64,000 nucleotides of DNA from Antechinus flavipes (taxonomy: Eukaryota), in the NCBI RefSeq assembly GCF_016432865.1, contig NC_067399.1, positions 515,158,001 through 515,222,000 on the forward strand, written 5' to 3'. The notes below the pieces were generated by a model. That model had not been told where the DNA came from. It did no database searches and worked only from the letters and a program-made list of their open reading frames with translations. Below, in pieces: positions 57,880-64,000 of the stretch. The position numbers and the translations under genes are program-made. Position 1 is the first letter of the stretch. Every line of letters starts with the position of its first letter.

Positions 57880-57954
57880 CACAACATAGTATTTTCACCT
57901 TTTGTTGTTGTTTGCTTGCTTGTTTTCTCTCATTTTTCCCCCCTTTGATCTGAT

Positions 57955-57988
<34 letters not shown>

Positions 57989-58175
57989 CGCGTGTGCAAT
58001 ATGATAAAAATGGAAATGATGTTTGGAAGAATTGCACATGTTATAATATATTTATTACTTGCTGTCTAGGGAAGGGGGGAGTAGGGTTAAGGATGGAGAA
58101 CTTTTTTTTTGCAAAAGTTAATGTTTAAAACTATTTTACATGTATTTTGAATAATAAAATGCTATTTAAATTTTT
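57880..58175 (+). mobile_element. Older marsupial L1 3' UTR with an embedded microsatellite
   Basis: cctttgatctgatt...gaagaattgcacatgtt...tacttgctgtctagggaagggggg...aaaactattttacatgtattttg. Confidence 0.75.
57955..57998. repeat. (TG)13(CG)6(TG)2CA alternating purine-pyrimidine microsatellite
   Basis: Read directly from the sequence. Confidence 0.95.
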
Positions 58176-58333
58176 TTTTAAATTCTGGAAATAAAAAGGT
58201 CATCTTTACTGAACTCTTTATTGCTGTTTTTGGTTCTATCATATGTTACCTCTTTTCCAATTTCAAAGTCATACCAATAGAGTTTCCAATTATCATGAAA
58301 ATGTGTTACTAGTTATCACTTGGGACTCTTAGA

Positions 58334-58470
58334 TTTTTTTCCCCTGAGGCAATTGGGGTTAAGTGACTTGCCCAGGATCACACAGCTAAGAAGTGTTGTG
58401 TCTGAGGTCAAATTTGAACTCAGGTTCTCCTGACTTCAAGTCTGGTGCTCTATCCACTGCGCTACCTAGC
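58334..58470 (-). mobile_element. Marsupial WSINE1-like SINE
   Basis: ctgaggcaattggggttaagtgacttgcccaggatcacacagctaag...tttgaactcaggttctcctgacttcaag...ctctatccactgcgctacctagc. Confidence 0.85.
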
Positions 58471-58526
58471 ACATTAATCTGCATTCTTGGATATCTTCCT
58501 TAGACCTACAAAGAGATAATTTGTGC

Positions 58527-59230
58527 TGTTGTTTAGTTGGTTGGTTATTGTCCTTCATTCTTGAAGAGGACCAAAATGACCACTATATTAGAGTCAAGTT
58601 AATGTGTCTGACTGTAACTGATCAAACCAACATGAACTCAGAATGCTCTGACATAACTTGGACACAAATGGATCCTATGAACATCTGGTGTAGATTCTTT
58701 CAATCTTGTTATGTACATAGCATGGAGGGGCCAGAGGGCCAGGATATGCGCATTAAGTGAAGACAGAAAAGGAGCTCTAAGAATGTGTTTACCCAGAAAT
58801 TGATGATTAACTCTGGGTGGCTTGTAACTTATCAAGGCAATCAAGGTGGGGAATAACGCAGATGGGGTCTATCTAAGTAATTGTAACTGCGCCAGAGGAG
58901 AGGTATATAAAGGAGAGGGATCTTGCAGTAAACGCTGGTTGGCTGTACGTAACAATCTGGTGTGACTGGTGTTCTGTGAGGAAGAACGCAGCAGGGTGGT
59001 AGGTGCGCTGGAGGCATCTGAAGACCTGGTATGGTAAGGAACCAAGTTGTAAGCCCTCTGGGTGGGTAGAGGGGAAACAACACAATCTCACGTTTGTTCT
59101 GAGCTAATTCAATTCTGCTTTACTAATAGAATACAGCACTTTCTCTTTCTCTTATCAGGGCACACCATACGAGGTGGTCCTGTACCAATGTCTCCCAGCC
59201 ATAAATCAATTCCTAAAGCTCTTAAGAGTT
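58527..59230 (-). mobile_element. RTE LINE 3' end fragment, interrupted by an LTR
   Basis: 58548-58706 and 59083-59230 align by eye to the reverse complement of 61030-61325 and are colinear across the insertion. Confidence 0.85.
58707..59082 (+). mobile_element. Solo ERV LTR, class II/betaretrovirus-like, 376 bp
   Basis: TG...CA termini; perfect 6-bp TSD CAATCT (58701-58706 and 59083-59088); TATATAAA 58904-58911; AGTAAA 58927-58932. Confidence 0.88.
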
Positions 59231-59494
59231 TTTAGTTAATTAGTTTAATTAGTTGGTATCTGAAATGCCCAGAAGATGGTGCTCTATTTTAAGCTTTTGT
59301 TCAGGCTTTATTAGGTAATCTGGTACATGCCTGATAACTGATCCTTTTCCTAAGAGGCTACAATTCTTGGCTTGTACCTAAACAGCACAGTACAATGTTT
59401 CAGGCTAATAATGCCTAGGCTGTCCCTCCCACAAGCATGCCTACACCATAGCTGCCTGGATGCTAAACACTCTGATTAATACCTTAATCAATGG

Positions 59495-61335
59495 CAGGTT
59501 CATCTCTAAAAAGCTAGCATTCAATTCCATCAAAAGTAAAGTACAATTGAAACTTAGATGCAGCATTCCTGGTTGAGTAAAAAGGCACATGAAATTCAGT
59601 TTTATGCTGGTAGTAACAATCCAAAGCTCTTTTATGATTCATTGAAGGCTACTTATGGGCCAAAAATCTATGGTGCTTCTCAACTACTCAATGTTGATGG
59701 AGCCACGTTGATCAGTGGTGAAGATATGATCCTAGAGAAATGGGCTAAACATTTCCATACTGTTCTCAACAGACCATCATCATTCAATGCTGACGCCACT
59801 GACCATTTACCTCAGATTGAAATCAGTCACTCCCCAGCTGAAGTTCCAACTGAAGAAAAGGTTTTGAATGCCATTTGATATTCATGTGGTACATACCTGA
59901 TGCTGATTCTATTTCAGCTGAGATTTTTAAGGTGAGGGGTCCACTGCACATACAAAAGGTGAATGAAAATTTTCAGATTATGTGGCAAGAGGAATGCCCC
60001 AGGATGTCCAGCTCTCTAAAAATAAAGGGAATAGATTGTCCTGTGACACAGTGGAATCTTTCTCTTTATTATTGCTGGTAAGATTCATGCCAGAGTCCTC
60101 CTTAATAGGCTGGTCCTACACCTGGAAGAAGATCATCTACCTAAAGCCAGTGTGGCTTCCTTCAGATGAGGTTAAGTAAAAGTCAATATGGTGTTTGATG
60201 CCCATCAACTCCAGGAGAAATGTCAGGAGCAGAATACAGGTCTGTATACAATATTTATAGATCTGACCAAACCTTTGATACTGTCAGTCACAAGGACTTA
60301 TGGAAAGTTTTGTGAAAATTTTGTTGCTCAAAAAAGTTCATCAGTGTAGTATGTCTGTTTCATGATGGCATGGTTGCCTGGATTCTGGAAGATGGAAAAT
60401 GCTCTCAAGCTTTCCTATTCACCAGTGGAGTGAAACAAGACTATGTGCTTGCTCCCATGCTTTTAAACATGATGTTTTAAATGCCTTAAATGAAGACAAA
60501 CATGAAATCAAATTCAATTACCGCAGTGATGTAAATTCTTCAATTTGAAAAGGTTACAAGTCAAAACTAAAGTGGAGGGAGTATTGAGTCATGATTTTTT
60601 TGTTTTTTATTTGTTTGTAGATTATTGAGCGTTCACTGAAGCCTCTGAAGTTGAGATGCAACAAAATATGGATCAATTTTCTGCTGCTTGTGCTAATTTT
60701 GACCTAACAACGCCAAAAAAACACAGGTTCTCCATCAGCCAGCATCACACCATCTATATGTGGAATTGTCCCTTACAACAAATGGAGAAGTTTGAAGGAA
60801 AGTGTAGGAGAGGAGTGATATTAGACTTGCTGCCAATCTGAAGGTCTATGGAGCCATTATGCTGATCTTATTGTCAGTATTGTATGTCTATGAAACTTGG
60901 ACAGTCTATCAGCACCATGCCAAGAAATTGTCTTATTGAAATGCCAAGTAAATACTTACCAAAAAGACTATTTTATGGAGAACTCACACACGTGCTCACA
61001 AGATAATCAGAAAAAGTGATACAAGGACACTCTCAAAGTCTCTCAAGAACTTTAGAATTGATTGTATGACATGGGAGACACTGGCACAGGACCACCCAGC
61101 ATGGTTTGCCCTCATCGGAGAAGATGCTGTGCTTTATGAGCAAAGCAGAATTGAATTAGCTCAGAAGAAAAACATGTGCAAAGTTAGAGAATCTACCCCA
61201 TCTGTTTATAAGAACTATTTGTGTCCAACCTGAGGCAAAGCATTCCGAACTTGTATTGATCTAATCAGCCACAGACACACTAACTTGATTCTTCATAATG
61301 ACGTTATTTTTGTCCTCTTCAAGAATAAAGGACAA
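59495..61335 (+). mobile_element. RTE-clade LINE, 5'-truncated, dead reverse transcriptase
   Basis: ORF remnants SWLSKKAHEIQFYA...LEKWAKHFHTVLNRPSS, QLQEKCQEQN and FIDLTK. The catalytic FADD has decayed to FVDY*. Many stops, frameshifts and internal deletions. Confidence 0.9.
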
Positions 61336-62502
61336 GAAGAATCCCCACAGCAATGCTTTTTGAATACTATATTTACATGGTGACAAATTTAAGATATAAA
61401 ATTGAACATTGCTTAAACTAATAAAATATGAAATATGCTGCTTATAACTAGGTTACATTAGGTTACAGTCTCATTCTACTTTTCTTTGTATTCATACATA
61501 TGAACAGATATTTAAGCATGCTGTAATCACAAGAATTTATTTTACAAAGGGAAAAAATGAAATGAAAATGAGATTAAACAATTTGTTTAGAAGACTTTGG
61601 TTACCAACCATCTTTTAGTTCTTGTTTTATTGCTTTCCTAGGACTTTGGGTGTAACCAGGAGAAGTACCAATCACATATAAAGCATGGAAAAGTAATAGG
61701 GGATTGATTTTTTCCCCCCCATCATGTACTTAAAAAAACTTTAAAAAAAACTCATCTTTTTCTTTAAAAACTGTTTTTAAGTACTGAATGATTTATTTAA
61801 ATATTACTCTTGCTGTGATACTTGTTTAACCTTCTTGTACTTCTATTGCTTTTGCTGGGGATGGGGGATTGTGCTCCAATTAAATATTTTGTTCAGGCAC
61901 TCAGGATGGTTATTCCCCCCTTAAAAAAATGCCTCAGAAGTCTCTTTTGTTGAATATCAATCTTTTTTCCTTAATGATTTAGTTTAGGTAGGTATGTCCT
62001 GTGCTTTTCATTACATATTATTCCATTTGTTTCTGTAGTCTCTTCTACGCAAAGAGTTCTCTTGTATTATTTGAATTTCTTTTTCTTAAATATTTGAAGA
62101 TCTTTCTTTCAAAGGCTTACAGAATTAGGAGTTAGATCCTTTGTATAGATTGCCTGAGGCTGGTGGTTGTCTAGGTTCAGGTGATATTTTTTTTTTTTCT
62201 AAGAGGAATATGATAAAAGTCACAATAGGTCCACTTCTCATTATAATATTCATTTCTATTATGAGTTATTAATCAATTAAAGCTCATTTCCATCATCAGG
62301 AACACCCATTCTTCCAAGCATATATAAGTGATGAATGGGTTCTATTGGCATTTGAGAGTGCTACTGATCCCTTTTATTAATTATCCTCTAGCATAATTAA
62401 TACAATTATAAATTAACCAGAAACAATATCTTGGAACTTTTTTGTCACACATGATTTACTCCAAAGTAGAATAGACAAATAAATTAAGTTATTAAAATAA
62501 AA

Positions 62503-62767
62503 TTCCTAACATTAAGTCTAAGCCTTCTTTTCACTCTAAACCCCCTACTGGGAATCAACAGAACAAATCTACATGCCAGCCTTTCAAATAATTGAAGACA
62601 GTTATCATGCCCCCAAAATCTTTCTTCTCCAAACTAAACATCATATTCCTAAATTAATCTTTATCTCATTCTTTAAAATTCCCACTATCCTGGTCACCTA
62701 CCACTATTCACATTCTAGCTCATCAATGTTCTTCCTAAAATGTGGCATGGAGAACCTTTCTTAATGG
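62503..62767 (-). mobile_element. L3/CR1 LINE fragment
   Basis: ttcctaacattaagtctaa...cagaacaaatcta...gcctttcaaataattgaagacagttatcatgccccc...ctccaaactaaacatc. Confidence 0.7.
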
Positions 62768-63021
62768 GTTGGAGTTGTTAAATTTAACCAATTTAATCAC
62801 TGAGGCATAGGTTCCTTTTTTTTTTCTGGAGGTTATCTATGGATTTTTAAAAATTGATTTGTATTCTTGTATTCAATTAGTAAATAAAACTTTTTTTTTT
62901 TGAGAGTTAATAGACATCACATGTCTGAGATCAGGTCTTCTTCTCTATTAGGGTATCCTAATGTTCAATTTCCAATTTCTTTAGAGAAACTAAAGATCCT
63001 TGTGTGTGGGGGGGGGGGGGA

Positions 63022-63155
63022 AAGACAGGCAACGATTAGGATTAAGTGACTTGATTGGGGTCACACAACTAGAAAGTGTAAGTGTCTGAGATCATATTTG
63101 AACTCAGGTCCTCTTGACTCCCAGGTACTTTATCCCCTGGGCCATCTAGCTGCTA
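63022..63155 (-). mobile_element. Marsupial WSINE1-like SINE
   Basis: ggcaacgattaggattaagtgacttg...ggtcacacaactagaaagtgtaagtgtctgagatcatatttgaactcaggtcctc. Confidence 0.8.
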
Positions 63156-63165
63156 CTAATGATTC

Positions 63166-63197
<32 letters not shown>

Positions 63198-64000
63198 ATT
63201 TAATGATTACTTTATATTGACAACATTATCCCTTGCACTCGTTTCTTTTCCGATTTTTTTTTCCCCTCCCTCCCTCCACCCCCTCCCCTAGATGGCAAGC
63301 AGTCCTTTATATGTTGGATATGTTGCAGTATATCCTAGATACAATATATGTTTGCAGAACCGAACAGTTCTCTTGTTGCATGGGGAGAATTGGATTCAGA
63401 AGGTATAAATAACCCGGGAAGAAAAACAAAAATGCAGATAGTTCACATTCGTTTCCCAGTGTTCGTTCTTTGGGTGTAGCTGCTTTTGTCCGTCATTTAT
63501 CAATTGAAACTTAGTTAGGTCTCTTTGTCAAAGAGATCCACTTCCATCAAAATATGTCCTCATACAATATCGTTGTCGAAGTGTATAATGATCTCCTGGT
63601 TCTGCTCATTTCACTTACCATCAGTTCATGTAAGTCTCGACAGTCCTCTCTGTATTCATCCTGCTGGTCATTTCTTACAGAACAATAATATTCCATAACA
63701 TTCATATACCACAATTTACCCAGCCATTCTCCAATTGATGGGCATCCATTCATTTTCCAGTTTCTAGCCACTACAAACAGGGTTGCTACAAACATTTTGG
63801 CACATACAGGTCCCTTTCCCTTCTTTAGTATTTCTTTGGGATATAAGCCCAATAGAAACACTGCTGGATCAAAGGGTATGCACAATTTGATAACTTTTTG
63901 GGCATAATTCCAGATTGTTCTCCAGAATGGTTGGATTTGTTCACAACTCCACCAACAATGCATTAGTGTCCCAGTTTTCCCGCATCCCCTCCAACATTCA
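63166..64000 (-). mobile_element. Relatively young L1: ORF2 C-terminus, 3' UTR and poly(A) tail; runs off the window
   Basis: T24 at 63166-63189; AATAAA on minus 63195-63200. The frame is open from the window edge to the stop at 63547, with the zinc knuckle CWRGCGKTGTLMHCWWSC and GEWLGKLWYMNVMEYY. Confidence 0.95.

Noticed and set aside
59558-60841. ORFs of 61-106 aa as a possible domesticated reverse transcriptase gene
   Set aside because: They are fragments of a decayed RTE with the catalytic FADD destroyed and many frameshifts

Overview
Mammalian genomic DNA, inferred to be marsupial and probably an Australian dasyurid from its L1 3' UTR type, WSINE1-like SINEs, RTE LINEs and an OC1-like hAT MITE. 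It is a gene-dense block with the order I recall for human 14q12: REC8 (3' part, +), IPO4 (-), TM9SF1 (-), TSSK4 (+), CHMP4A (-), MDP1 (-), NEDD8 (-), GMPR2 (+), TINF2 (-). About 8 kb of TE-rich intergenic DNA follows. I reconstructed the exons by hand from GT-AG sites. All eight complete genes splice into open frames: IPO4 1082 aa, TM9SF1 605, TSSK4 310, CHMP4A 221, MDP1 160, NEDD8 81, GMPR2 348, TINF2 464. There is no CRISPR array, rRNA or tRNA, and I could support no snoRNA. I found no wholly new gene system. The best leads are: (1) a solo class II ERV LTR with a perfect 6-bp TSD, MMTV-like promoter layout and an internal ATG/splice donor; (2) a lost or frameshifted TSSK4 start codon; (3) three in-frame acceptors 18 nt apart that split the TSSK4 HRD motif; (4) a U12-type intron in IPO4; (5) a back-to-back poly(A) site shared by REC8 and IPO4; (6) phase-compatible read-through junctions NEDD8>MDP1>CHMP4A>TM9SF1; (7) a MITE from a horizontally transferred family. 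Comparisons with human and mouse proteins and repeat family names are from memory, not database searches. Repeat boundaries are approximate unless a TSD or TIR is cited.
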